Below, in pieces: positions 30,797-41,300 of a DNA stretch of 43,139 nucleotides (position 1 is the stretch's first letter; each line of letters begins with the position of its first letter). The stretch comes from a virus: the IMG/VR virus record IMGVR_UViG_3300045993_000388, positions 1-43,139 of that record, one strand, 5' to 3'. Under the pieces are notes generated by a model. That model saw nothing but the letters and a program-made list of their open reading frames with translations, was not told where the DNA came from and made no database searches. The translations under genes were made by a program, and so were the position numbers.

Positions 30797-32320
30797 ATGG
30801 CACTAAATAACATTACTTTCAACTTAGGACAGGGCGGCTTAGGCCGACCCCTTCCTGGTGAAGATTATATTTCAGGGTTGCTTTTCTACGGTGCGACGTT
30901 GCCTTCCGGCTTCACCACATCAAATAGAATCAAGCAATTCTTTTCGTTACAAGATGCCGTTACCGCCGGGATCGTTGGGGATTACTCTGACGAAACTAAG
31001 GCAACCGGTTCTTATTTAGTAACCACACCCGGTACAGTTGGCGATGTGATCACATTGAAAGTTGCAGAACCTTTCGGGGTTGTTGTTTCTCTTGGTTCAT
31101 ACACTAAAACCGCGACTGAATCAACTGCAGCATTAGTTGCAGCGGCAATCGGTGCGGCAATCAATGCAGGAACTAACACGCACGGTTATACTGCGACAGT
31201 GGCAACAGCAACAGTTACTATCATCGCACGTCCAGGTTTGGGAATCTTCCTAAACACCGGCACACCAATCACTGCAGTATTAAGCGCAGGCGCAACAATC
31301 GCAGGAACTATTACACAGTTCACAGGCGGCGTTGCTTCAACTTTCGCACCTTGGTATTACCACATTAAAGAATATTTCCGCCTTCAACCACAAGGGAACT
31401 TGTACGTTGGAATCTTTGCGGTTCCTGGAACATACACATACACTGAAATTACCACCATGCAGAATTATGCAAACGGTAAGATCAGGCAGATTGGTATTTT
31501 TAAGGGTGCCACATTTGTAAGCGGAGAGATCACAACCATCCACGCAGTTTGTAATTCATTGGTTGCAGCACACAAAGAGATCATTGCATTATATGCAGCC
31601 GATATCAGTGCAACACCGGATGTTTCAACCTTAACCAATCTTTCTACCTTATCTGCTAACCTTTGTTCAGCTATCATAGGTCAGGACGGTGCGGCATTAG
31701 GTGCGACATTGTTTTATGCAACTGGTAAATCAATCACTACATTGGGTGCAACCCTTGGCGCTATTTCAAGCGCGCAGGTTTCACAATCCATTGCATGGGT
31801 TGGGCAGTTCAATATCAGCAATGGTGTTGAGTGTGACACGATCGCATTTGCAAACGGGGTGTTATTCAGTAATTCAAGTGTGACAGATAGCTTGCTAACT
31901 ACCATGCAGAATTACCGCTACATCTTTCTTCGTAAGTTCGTGGGTGTTTCCGGTTCATTCTTCAATGAAAACAGCACATCTATTGCAACATCCAGCAGTT
32001 ATGCTTATATCGCTGACAATAGAACAATCCAAAAGGCAACACGTGGCATTTATGCTTCTATGATTCCTGCGCTTAACAGCCCTATTACTTTGAACGGTGA
32101 CGGTACGTTGGCAAATGAATCAATCGCATACTTCACTGGCCTTGCAGAATTGCCATTGTTACAAATGATTCGTGACGGGGATTTAAGTGGAATGGGTGTG
32201 GCGATCAATGCAACACAGAACGTTTTAGCAACAGGTCTCCTGGTTGTTAGCGTGAACCTTGTTGAAATTGCGACAGGAAGAAATATTCAAGTAAATATTG
32301 GTTATTCTGTAACCATCTAA
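30797..32320 (+). CDS. Putative tail sheath protein
   Basis: 507 aa. It is the first large gene upstream of the tube-like, chaperone and tape measure genes. The N-terminus reads MALNNITFNLGQGGLGRP. Called by size and synteny. Confidence 0.5.
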   Translation: MALNNITFNLGQGGLGRPLPGEDYISGLLFYGATLPSGFTTSNRIKQFFSLQDAVTAGIVGDYSDETKATGSYLVTTPGTVGDVITLKVAEPFGVVVSLGSYTKTATESTAALVAAAIGAAINAGTNTHGYTATVATATVTIIARPGLGIFLNTGTPITAVLSAGATIAGTITQFTGGVASTFAPWYYHIKEYFRLQPQGNLYVGIFAVPGTYTYTEITTMQNYANGKIRQIGIFKGATFVSGEITTIHAVCNSLVAAHKEIIALYAADISATPDVSTLTNLSTLSANLCSAIIGQDGAALGATLFYATGKSITTLGATLGAISSAQVSQSIAWVGQFNISNGVECDTIAFANGVLFSNSSVTDSLLTTMQNYRYIFLRKFVGVSGSFFNENSTSIATSSSYAYIADNRTIQKATRGIYASMIPALNSPITLNGDGTLANESIAYFTGLAELPLLQMIRDGDLSGMGVAINATQNVLATGLLVVSVNLVEIATGRNIQVNIGYSVTI

Positions 32321-32331
32321 ATTAGATAAAC

Positions 32332-32754
32332 ATGCCAGCAACACCCATTATTAACGGCGTTAACTATTCATGGTCAAACGTAAAGTTGAACCTGTTTGGT
32401 GTTCCCGTTGTTGGAATCACTGAAATATCATACCACAAGAAACAGAAGAAGGAGAACAATTATGGTGTTGGCCAGGATCCTGTCAGCCGTGGTTATGGAA
32501 ATAACGAATATGAAGGAAGCATCACTTTGTATAAGGATGAATGGAATCGTATCATTCAGGCTGCAGCAAATAAAGACCCTTTAGGAATTGCACCTTTTAC
32601 CATCCAGGTTCTGTTTGGTGGAAGTTCAGTTACCTTTGCACAGGACAATTTATATGCTTGTGAGTTTACGAATGATCCTTTTGATGCGAAATCGGGCGAC
32701 ACTAAATTGATGGTCAAGTTAGAATTGATCATTGGTTTGATTACGCACGTTTAG
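32332..32754 (+). CDS. Putative tail tube protein
   Basis: 140 aa, between the sheath-like and chaperone genes. The pattern NG..YSWSNVKL.LFG.PVVGITEISY....KE..YG.G is reminiscent of myovirus tube proteins. Confidence 0.5.
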   Translation: MPATPIINGVNYSWSNVKLNLFGVPVVGITEISYHKKQKKENNYGVGQDPVSRGYGNNEYEGSITLYKDEWNRIIQAAANKDPLGIAPFTIQVLFGGSSVTFAQDNLYACEFTNDPFDAKSGDTKLMVKLELIIGLITHV

Positions 32755-32780
32755 GTTAGAAAACAAAACAACAACATAGT

Positions 32781-33143
32781 ATGGAAGCAACAGAACAACA
32801 ACTGTCGGTTAAAGAACTGGCAGAGCAAAAAGCGGCACAGCTTTCTGAGCAACTTGGCGTTAAGGTTTACCCATTGGTTTTCAAAGAGACGGAAGATAGC
32901 GAAGAAATTGTTGGATTCATTAAGGAACCATCACGGGCGGTTAAATACGCGGTACTTGATAAATCGGTGATGGGTGGATTCAGTGCAGCGGCCGAAATGT
33001 TAGACATCATTATTTTAAAGGAACACAGCGATCCACGCATATATTCCGAAAGAAGTGAAGATGACAAGATTAATATCGGTGCGGCAATGGCGGCTTATGA
33101 CTTGGTTAAGTTCAGTCAAAATTTGGCAAAAAAAAAGAGTTAA
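32781..33143 (+). CDS. Tail assembly chaperone (G-like, frame 0 product)
   Basis: 120-aa acidic protein immediately upstream of the tape measure gene. It ends ...LAKKKS* within an A9 run. Confidence 0.6.
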   Translation: MEATEQQLSVKELAEQKAAQLSEQLGVKVYPLVFKETEDSEEIVGFIKEPSRAVKYAVLDKSVMGGFSAAAEMLDIIILKEHSDPRIYSERSEDDKINIGAAMAAYDLVKFSQNLAKKKS

Positions 33144-33310
33144 TAGCTAAATACAATTTGGAGAACGCATCGGATGAAAGTTGCATGGCAGCTGTTATTC
33201 GATGCGTTTTGCATATAGACCCAATGCAATTAACGGACGAAGAATTCTTCCAGGCTTGGGGTCAAGTTAAATATTTCACAGGTTTGGCATACCAAATAAA
33301 ATGGGAATAA
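32781..33310 (+). CDS. Tail assembly chaperone, -1 frameshift-extended form (GT-like)
   Basis: Hand translation of the -1 frame after the A9 run: KKELIAKYNLENASDESCMAAVIRCVLHIDPMQLTDEEFFQAWGQVKYFTGLAYQIKWE*. It ends 1 nt before the tape measure ATG at 33311. Confidence 0.55.
33128..33136 (+). other. A9 slippery run for a programmed -1 frameshift
   Basis: ttg gca aaa aaa aag agt taa. The -1 frame is open from here to TAA 33308-33310. Confidence 0.55.
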
Positions 33311-34906
33311 ATGGCAGAAGTTGTAGAATATGAAATGTCGCTGAAGGACATGTTAACCGGAAAGGTTAAACAAGCCGACACAGCTGTTAATAAATTAGAA
33401 GGATCAATGCACAGCCTTGGGCAACGCGCACTCCATGTTGCAGAAGCATTCGGGATTTCATTTGCAATGTTTAAGGGGATAGAGTTTGTGCATGAAGGTA
33501 TAGAAGCATACGAAAAACTGCACCAGGCAGAAGCCCAGGTGGAAGCTGGTTTAAAAAGTACCGGATTCGCTGCAGGAGTTACGGCAGACGAATTGGAAGC
33601 AAGTGCCATCCGAATGGCGGCTTCCGTTAAATATTCACGCGCTGAGATCACGCAGTTGCAATCCATAATGGTAACCTTTCCTGCAATTACTAAGGACGTA
33701 TTTGAAGAAGCGCAAACAGCCATGGTTGATATGTCTGCCCGTTTGGGACAGGATTTGCAGAGTTCGGCCATTCAATTAGGTAAGGCATTGCAGGATCCGG
33801 AAAGGGGTATTACTGCCCTTCGTCGTGTAGGGGTTAACTTCAACGAAACACAAACGGAAATGGTTAAACGCATGGTGGCCACGGGGCATCAGGCGCAGGC
33901 ACAGGCCTATATTTTAAAGGAACTAAAAACCGAGTTCGGTGGTTCTGCCTTGGCGGCTGCGGAAGCGGATCCGCTTTTCAAGTTCAATAAATTAATGAAT
34001 TCCCTTAAAATGGCCGTGGGTGAAACTGCGATTACTTTATTGCACGATCTTACCCCAGCACTGGAATATATCGGTAATCTTATGAAAAGAACCGGGGAGT
34101 TTATAAAGAACAATATCATATTATTCAAGACCCTGGGCGTTGCCATTGGCATTGCTGCAGCGGCATATGGCATTTACAGGGCGGTTTTATTTGCAGGCAT
34201 TGCGGTGCAGGCGGTACAAACGGCTTGGACGTACATACAGATTGCGGCGATGTATTCATTGGGTACCGCGTATGAAGGCACAACTATTGCCACGCAGCTA
34301 TTAGCGGCCGCACAGTGGGCTTTAAATGCGGCTTGGGCTGCAAACCCTATTGGTGTAATTATCCTTGCCCTAGCGGCGGTTGGTGCGGCAATTTATGCGG
34401 CCTATCAGAAGGTTGCATGGTTCAGGGCAGGCCTTTGGGCAACCTGGGCGGTACTAAAGGAAGGCGCATCCATTATTGTGGATGTATTTAGTGGTTTACA
34501 TACTACCATCCAGGGGATGCTGCAGTTTGACCCGAAGATGATGGCCGAAGGAATGGCACGCACGATCGGTGCGGTTCGGGATGCGGCGACGCGGATTGGG
34601 AAGGCGGCAAAGGAAGGGTACGAAGCTGGGATGGAAGATTTCAACAAAAGCCAGCACAATGCTGCGGCACCTAAAGACGCAAAGAAGAATTTAAAACCTG
34701 CAGCACTGGCACAATCGGTTACGCCGGAAGCCAAGGGCGCGAAGGGTCAGAAGAACATTACTATTACGGTGAACATTAGCAATTTAGTGAAGGAGTTAAA
34801 AATTAGCACAACTAATATGCTTGAAAGTTCCGCTAAGATTCGTGAAATGGTGACTGAAGCATTAACAAGTGCGGTGAACGATTCTCAAAGGGTTGCAGGA
34901 CAATAA
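33311..34906 (+). CDS. Tail tape measure protein
   Basis: 531 aa. It has the conserved TMP segment GQDLQSSAIQLGKALQDPERGITALRRVGVNFNETQTEMVKRM, Ala/Gly-rich hydrophobic central helices, and a position after the G/GT pair. Confidence 0.8.
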   Translation: MAEVVEYEMSLKDMLTGKVKQADTAVNKLEGSMHSLGQRALHVAEAFGISFAMFKGIEFVHEGIEAYEKLHQAEAQVEAGLKSTGFAAGVTADELEASAIRMAASVKYSRAEITQLQSIMVTFPAITKDVFEEAQTAMVDMSARLGQDLQSSAIQLGKALQDPERGITALRRVGVNFNETQTEMVKRMVATGHQAQAQAYILKELKTEFGGSALAAAEADPLFKFNKLMNSLKMAVGETAITLLHDLTPALEYIGNLMKRTGEFIKNNIILFKTLGVAIGIAAAAYGIYRAVLFAGIAVQAVQTAWTYIQIAAMYSLGTAYEGTTIATQLLAAAQWALNAAWAANPIGVIILALAAVGAAIYAAYQKVAWFRAGLWATWAVLKEGASIIVDVFSGLHTTIQGMLQFDPKMMAEGMARTIGAVRDAATRIGKAAKEGYEAGMEDFNKSQHNAAAPKDAKKNLKPAALAQSVTPEAKGAKGQKNITITVNISNLVKELKISTTNMLESSAKIREMVTEALTSAVNDSQRVAGQ

Positions 34907-34918
34907 AATAATTGAGTT

Positions 34919-35623
34919 ATGCCCGATTTTATCAATAGTATAGTAAACAGCAACGTTGTAACGAACGTGGGTAATACTTTTGCTGAGAAGATATCAGAAA
35001 TAAAGAACGATCCTGTAAACACCCAAGGCATTGTAATTAAAAGTGTACCCCTGGCATTTTTGACACGCGCATTTAATATGCAGAATGTCAACCACCTAAA
35101 ACCACCACAAAACCCTTACTTGGGAAAGAGTGACATGGTGACTATTCCAAGGGATAAAGAACTTTATAAATCTGCACTTGGAACATCGGTTGTTATAAAC
35201 CTAATTTTTGATTCAGTAAGTTATACAGACCTAAATACTAAAAAGGTTATTACTACAAGGTTGATGCAATTTGATGCAGTTTTGTGTACAATATCGCAAG
35301 CAAAAAAGATCGTTAAAACAGAGATACAAGGCCGTGACGGAACGGTGAAGGAGTATATTGGAATGGACGATTATGAAGTATCAATCAATGGGATCATTGC
35401 TGGTGCTAATGGGGTTTATCCAATGGAAACCGTGCAGGAATTAAAGAAGATTTTAGACGCGCCTGTTCCTATTCCAGTGACAAGCAACTTCCTAAACAAC
35501 ATGGATATTTTCAACGTCGTTGTTGCAGACTATACTTTACCGCAGGAAGCGGGTGGGTATAGTACACAAAACTTTTCGATCAGTGCGATTTCGGACACAC
35601 CAATAGAACTGCAGTTTTCTTAA
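34919..35623 (+). CDS. Tail/baseplate protein (Mu gp43-position)
   Basis: 234 aa, directly after the tape measure gene. Function inferred from synteny only. Confidence 0.4.
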   Translation: MPDFINSIVNSNVVTNVGNTFAEKISEIKNDPVNTQGIVIKSVPLAFLTRAFNMQNVNHLKPPQNPYLGKSDMVTIPRDKELYKSALGTSVVINLIFDSVSYTDLNTKKVITTRLMQFDAVLCTISQAKKIVKTEIQGRDGTVKEYIGMDDYEVSINGIIAGANGVYPMETVQELKKILDAPVPIPVTSNFLNNMDIFNVVVADYTLPQEAGGYSTQNFSISAISDTPIELQFS

Positions 35624-36876
35624 TGTATAGAGTTATTACAAATATCACTTTCACGCAACAACCTACAGCATCGTTTCCCGATCGCAATAAACAGATTATT
35701 TTCCCACTTTGCCATGAATTTGAAGTTCTAACAACCTGGGATTCGCTGACAGACGATGGAACGATAACGCTGCCGAAGAACATTTATATCAAGGACAGCA
35801 CAGGCAAGCGGTTTTCATTGGCCGGTACTAATCAGAATATTGGCGGGTTTAGTTCCACGACACCATTCTTCCTTCGGGGCGATAAAATAGTGATCAAGTG
35901 GGGTTACGCATATTATGACAAGCGCGGCAATGAAGTGGCACCGATTCAAACGGTGTTTGAAGGTTACATTAGCGAAGTAACAAGTAAGAAGCCGTTTGTT
36001 TTGAAGGTGGAAGACAATATGTTCAAGCTAAAACAGGTGCAGGCCTTCGGCGGAAATAACGGGTTCTTTTCTGCTAAGAAATACACAGTGGAAAAGATGG
36101 TGGCGGAAATGATGAAGAATTCCGGTTTGCCATTTACAGTGGACACCACCACGTCCACGGGACTTGGGGATTTCACAACTAAGAATGAAACGATTGCAGA
36201 AGTATTAGCCAGGTTACGGCATGAATTCCATTTTGAAGCATATTTCAAAGGGGATGTTCTAAGGGTGGGGTCATTTGTTTACCAGCCCAAGGATGCGCTA
36301 ACAAAGCCCGACGGGACGACGCGCACGGTGTTTTCTACCTTCCAGTTTCAGCAAAATATTATTAGTGATAGCTTAGATTACCGAAGAAAGGATGACATCA
36401 CACTTTCTGCAGTGGCTACAAATACCATTGAAACCACCACGGGAAAGTACACAAAGGACGGGCAGGCAAAAACAAAGAAATCAAGGTTGGAAGTATTGGT
36501 GACGTTTCGATATGGAAGTGATCAATACGACACGGTTATTGGGTATAAGGACGCACCCTTACCGCCGAATGAAGGCGGGGAAAGGCGAACGTTGCATTTT
36601 TTAGGGGCAACCACAACAACAGAATTGGCACGCCTGGCTGCTAATGAACTAAGAAAGTATTATTACACAGGGTTCAAAGGTAAGTTCGTGACGTTTGGCG
36701 CACCGTATGTTCAGGGTGGGGATTATATCAATTTAATTGACCCCATATTACCGGAAAGGAATGGCCGTTATATTGTCAAATCTGTAAAGTACACAGGTGG
36801 CGTTAACGGGTTAAGGCAGGAGATAGAATTAGATTATTTATTGTTTACCATCGATTCTAAAGGCAACCAAATATGA
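35623..36876 (+). CDS. Baseplate hub protein (gpD / Mu gp44-like, by position)
   Basis: 417 aa, start-stop coupled between the post-TMP gene and the spike-like gene. Confidence 0.4.
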   Translation: MYRVITNITFTQQPTASFPDRNKQIIFPLCHEFEVLTTWDSLTDDGTITLPKNIYIKDSTGKRFSLAGTNQNIGGFSSTTPFFLRGDKIVIKWGYAYYDKRGNEVAPIQTVFEGYISEVTSKKPFVLKVEDNMFKLKQVQAFGGNNGFFSAKKYTVEKMVAEMMKNSGLPFTVDTTTSTGLGDFTTKNETIAEVLARLRHEFHFEAYFKGDVLRVGSFVYQPKDALTKPDGTTRTVFSTFQFQQNIISDSLDYRRKDDITLSAVATNTIETTTGKYTKDGQAKTKKSRLEVLVTFRYGSDQYDTVIGYKDAPLPPNEGGERRTLHFLGATTTTELARLAANELRKYYYTGFKGKFVTFGAPYVQGGDYINLIDPILPERNGRYIVKSVKYTGGVNGLRQEIELDYLLFTIDSKGNQI

Positions 36877-37442
36877 GTGACGACCGGGCGATAATTGAAG
36901 CAATACAAAAAATCAGCGGCACGCAGTTGAACGATAAAGTTCGTTTGTATGCCGCTTCGGTGGTTAGTGTGGACGAGCCAACAAGGACTTGTGTGGTAAC
37001 AACGATCAGCAGCCAGGGAAGCATGACGATTGAAAATGTGCAATTAATGGCCAGTTTGGACGACGGGATCCTTCTGCTTCCGGCGGTCGATTCAACAGTA
37101 ATTGTAAGTTACTCAACGTATAATCAGCCATTTATTTCCTTATTTAGTGAATTACAAAAAGTTCTTTTGATTGTTGGAAGTTCTATTCTTTCCATAAAAG
37201 ATGGAATCATTCAATTTAACGACGGTTCTAATGGCGGTTTGGTGGAAGTTATTAAGTTAACGACGAAGCTAAACAACCTGGAAAACCTGGTGAATGATTT
37301 AGTTAGTAAGTACAATACGCACACGCATATTTTAACGCTAACATCGGGAACGGGAACGGCAGCACCAACAGCAGCACCTGAATCGACTGTAATTACTCCG
37401 ACACAAAGGAGTGATATTGAAAACACATTAATTAAGCAATAG
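36873..37442 (+). CDS. Baseplate spike protein (gpV / Mu gp45-like)
   Basis: 189 aa. The N-terminal OB-like segment (VRLYAASVVSVDEPTRTCVVTT...IENVQLMA) and the later YNTHTHILTLTSGTGTAAP (H-x-H metal-site-like motif) are as in gpV-type spikes. Confidence 0.5.
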   Translation: MSDDRAIIEAIQKISGTQLNDKVRLYAASVVSVDEPTRTCVVTTISSQGSMTIENVQLMASLDDGILLLPAVDSTVIVSYSTYNQPFISLFSELQKVLLIVGSSILSIKDGIIQFNDGSNGGLVEVIKLTTKLNNLENLVNDLVSKYNTHTHILTLTSGTGTAAPTAAPESTVITPTQRSDIENTLIKQ

Positions 37443-37744
37443 TGGCAAACCAGGATTTCGCATTATATGGCAATGACCTATTAATACAAAATGGGGATTT
37501 TGCAATTGCAGAAAGTGATCCGCAGCACATTGCCGATACTATAAACGCCTTTCCCGGATGGTGGAAGGAAAACCCAGCCGACGGTGTGGGTATATTTCAA
37601 TATATAAATTCAGGCGGCCAAGAGCAAACTATCAGGAAGAATCTGATCATTCAGTTAAAATCGGATGGTTATACAGTGAGCAACCCGAAAGTGGATGTGG
37701 ATAGTTCCGGCAAAATTACGATCACCCCAAATGCAACGCCGTAA
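37442..37744 (+). CDS. Small baseplate protein (gpW / gp25 position), GTG start
   Basis: 100 aa. No in-frame ATG lies near the 5' end, and a GTG sits directly after the upstream TAG. Contains NDLLIQNGDFAIAESDPQHIADTINAFPGWWKENP. Confidence 0.4.
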   Translation: MANQDFALYGNDLLIQNGDFAIAESDPQHIADTINAFPGWWKENPADGVGIFQYINSGGQEQTIRKNLIIQLKSDGYTVSNPKVDVDSSGKITITPNATP

Positions 37745-38326
37745 ATGAAAACCTTCCAATCCATATCAGGGCAGTCTATATATGACGTTTGTTTACAGAC
37801 ATACGGCGAGTTAGATTATTTATACAAGTTGATGCAGGATAATGGCATCCAGGGGTTGAACGTGGGCATCCCTGGTGGGACTGTTTTTACTTGGGACGAT
37901 TCATTGGTTCAAGATCAAAACCTTAACGCATCATTTTTATTAACAAACACCCTTTATTCGACCGATTACGGTTCAAATGGAAGTGTGTTGTTTGCCAATA
38001 TAGGTGGTGCAGGAAGGATCGACCCGGCGACGATCGTTGTGCCGGTAACGCCATCATCAAGTGGCGGGATTGCATACGGTTATCAGGGGTATTTTACACA
38101 ATACACAAGTTCGGTGGATGGGACGACGGTTATTACACCAATGGATCCAACCAATTCTTTCAATTTGGCGGGGTACGATATTATCAGCATTGTTAATGAA
38201 ATCCACCCACTAAGCACATCGCAATGGGTGTGGAGTAAACCAACGGGAGTGTTAACCCTGGTTGGTGCAACTTGCGACGCTGGCATGACACTTTACATCA
38301 ATTATCAAAAAAAGGTTACTTCATAA
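37745..38326 (+). CDS. Hypothetical baseplate or fibre-attachment protein
   Basis: 193-aa ORF with TAATG overlap to the fibre gene. Confidence 0.5.
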   Translation: MKTFQSISGQSIYDVCLQTYGELDYLYKLMQDNGIQGLNVGIPGGTVFTWDDSLVQDQNLNASFLLTNTLYSTDYGSNGSVLFANIGGAGRIDPATIVVPVTPSSSGGIAYGYQGYFTQYTSSVDGTTVITPMDPTNSFNLAGYDIISIVNEIHPLSTSQWVWSKPTGVLTLVGATCDAGMTLYINYQKKVTS

Positions 38327-41300
38327 TGAAAAAAATCTTATTAATATTTATACTGATCGCATCCTTTTTAACAGGATTCTCTCAGGCAACATGGACTCCG
38401 ATCAACGGCCGCCAACGTTTTGTTAGTGGTCTTGGCATTCCTGTTCGGGATAGCAGTTATTATAACCTACCAACCGACACGGCATTTATTTTTATCAATT
38501 ACCACGATTCATTGCCTTATTACAAATATAAGTCTTGGATTAGGCCATTGGGCGGAAGCGGTGGGATTACTGGTTCAGGGATTACAAATCAAGTTGCTTA
38601 TTGGAATGGGACAAGTTCTTTGTCAGGATCAAATAACTTTACTTGGGATCCTGTTAACAATCAAATGTTATTTACTTTAGGATTAGCTGGTTATATAAAA
38701 TATGGTCAAAGTGGGTGGAATTCAGGATTTGTTCAAACCGCTTATAGTAATTTTATATTTGGAAGCAACGTTAAATATAATGGTACGAATTGGCTTTATG
38801 ATCAGTCAGGTTATGGGTCACAATTTCAAGCTGAAAGTTTTACAGGAAATGCAATGATTAATACGTCTGTACTGGGTACCGCAGGTGGAACAGCCACAAT
38901 GATTCCAAGATTTCAAGTACTTAATGCTGGCAGAATTTTAATGGGAACTACATTACCAACAGATGATGGTACAAGTGGTCTTCAAGTAAATGGTGCGATA
39001 AGACAGTCTTCGGTAACAAATTCATTATTGAAAGCGGGGTCAACTGGAATTATTACTTCGGCAACATCAGGAACAGATTATCAAGTGCCAATAACACTTA
39101 CTACAACAGGTGGTTCAGGTGCTGCGACCCTTGTTGGGTCAACATTAAATATCCCAATTTATACTGGTGGTGGTGGTGGTTCTGTATCAAATGTCGCTGC
39201 TTTAACTTTAGGGACAACAGGAACCGATCTAAATTCAAGTGTTTCAAATCCAACAACAACACCCGTTATTACTTTAAATGTTCCAGATGCATCCGGAACT
39301 GCAAGGGGTGTTATTACAACAGGAACGCAGACAATAGCAGGGGCAAAGACATTCACAACCGCACCTACTGTTTATGACAGTGCTAATCATACTACTTTTT
39401 TAAGTGTGTACAATCCGTTCAATGGGGCTTCATCCCGTTCAGGATTATTCGTGAGCACTGCATCAGGAGTTACAGGTTACCCTTCATTAGTTTATGGACA
39501 ATTTACAGCATACCCTTCTAACTATGCAGGGAATGATATTAATAGAGATTTAGCAGGTAAAGTTTTTATACAATCAGGCGGTGACGCATCAGGAATATTA
39601 AACTTTTTTGATGGTACGGGTGGGTGGCAAGTAAGTTCGGGTAAAGCAGATGGTTCATCCAATTTAGGATTGACGCACTTTACTAATGATATATATGTGC
39701 CCCATGCTTCATATTATCATACTACTTCAAGCCCTGGGGTTGGATTTGGAACAGCGAACCCAAATATATTAATGTCCTTGGATTCTGTTTCTGTTGGATA
39801 CACATTTCAAGGTGCTTCAACAGTAAGACATGAATCTGTCGATACAGGAACAATTACGAACGGGAAATTGATTTATGAGAATATCGGATATGCTGCACAT
39901 AATCCATTAAACCAATTAGCTAAGTTTTCTTATTACGCCATGGGTTCTTTAAAAAATTCAGGTCAGTTTAATTTGGGTACATTTGCAACTGGAGTTTATG
40001 GCGATGGTATTATTATAGATACTTTTCATAGGGTAAGAATACCAACAATGGCCGCAGGAACTGCAGGAACTGATAGTGTTGTTGTTTCTAATAATGGGGT
40101 ATTAAGAAAAATATCACCTACTTATTATGGAACAGGTGGTGGAGTTTCAACAATATCATTTGGCACAACTGGTTTAACACCGAATACTGCAACAGGCGGA
40201 GTAATTACAGTTGCGGGAACACTTGCAGTTGCAAATGGGGGTACTGGTTCAGCGACACAAAACTTTGTAGATTTGTCAACAACTCAATCCGTTGCAGGGG
40301 GAAAGACTTTTTCAAACAACACAACTTTTACAGCTACTTCCCAGGCGGTGAGTTTATCACCTTCGACTAATACAAGTGGGGCTTATGTGAATGCTCAAAA
40401 TCTTAGTGGCCGTGCAATATTTGGTGTTGAAAGTAGTGTGGGGAATGTTATTCTTAACGGGGGCACTGCTTATGCAACAGGTATTGGAAGTATCACAAAC
40501 TTTCCGTTGCAATTCGGGGCTAATGGTATTTTGGGAATGACCTTAAATACTTCTAATCAATTGGGAATTGGAACAACAACAATAGGATCTGCTTTGCAAG
40601 TAAACGGTGCAGTTGCAATTGGTTATTCAGCTTCAACAGTAGCTGCGACAAACGGCTTAAGAGTTTCGGGTACAGTTACATTCGATAACCTTGCTACTAA
40701 TGGATTAGTAAAAACTAGCGGTGGAACAGGATTATTAAGCGTGGCAACGGCTGGAACTGATTATTTAACACCAACAACAGGAGTAACAACTTTTAGTGGA
40801 TCAACAACAGGGCTTACTCCTGCAACTGCAACATCTGGGGCAATAACTTTAGCAGGGACTTTGATTGCAGGGAATGGCGGAACGGGACAATCTACATACG
40901 CAATAGGTGATTTATTAAGTGCTAATACTACAACTACTTTATCTAAAGTGGCGGATGTAGCAGCGGGACAACCTTTGCTTAGTGGTGGCGTTTCTACTTT
41001 GCCAGCATACGCGGGTTACACTTTCTCAGGAACCGCAGCGCAGACATATACTTTCCCGACAACGAGTAAAACGTTGGCTGCAAATGATGGTTCTAACTTA
41101 ACTATTGCATCACAGGCAATCGGTGATATATTAACTGCAACTTCAACAACTGCTTATAGCAGATTAGCAGATGCGGCAACAGGTAATGCTTTGATTTCAG
41201 GCGGTGCTGGTGTTGCTCCTTCTTATGGAAAGATAGGGTTAACCACTCACGTTTCAGGAACTTTAGCAACTGCAAACGGGGGAACCAATTTAACAACTTT

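Noticed and set aside
33262-33771. Minus-strand ORFs of 60-169 aa (e.g. 33262-33771, 28523-28987, 13642-14052, 1753-2121, 9342-9704, 16112-16513, 22030-22386, 27609-27965)
   Set aside because: Each lies wholly or largely antisense to a + strand gene that has clear motifs or tight operon packing. Their products are low-complexity (Ser/Ala/Phe-rich), typical of shadow ORFs. No promoter or terminator context was seen on the minus strand.
38272-38325. N-terminal extensions offered by the ORF track (38272 for the fibre, 14835 for terS, 5857 for the HTH gene, 20001 GTG for the adaptor, 27576 for the RHH-like gene, 8840 and 12349)
   Set aside because: Each extension overlaps the preceding gene substantially. 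An internal ATG placed at or just after the upstream stop gives the compact start-stop coupling seen throughout the genome.
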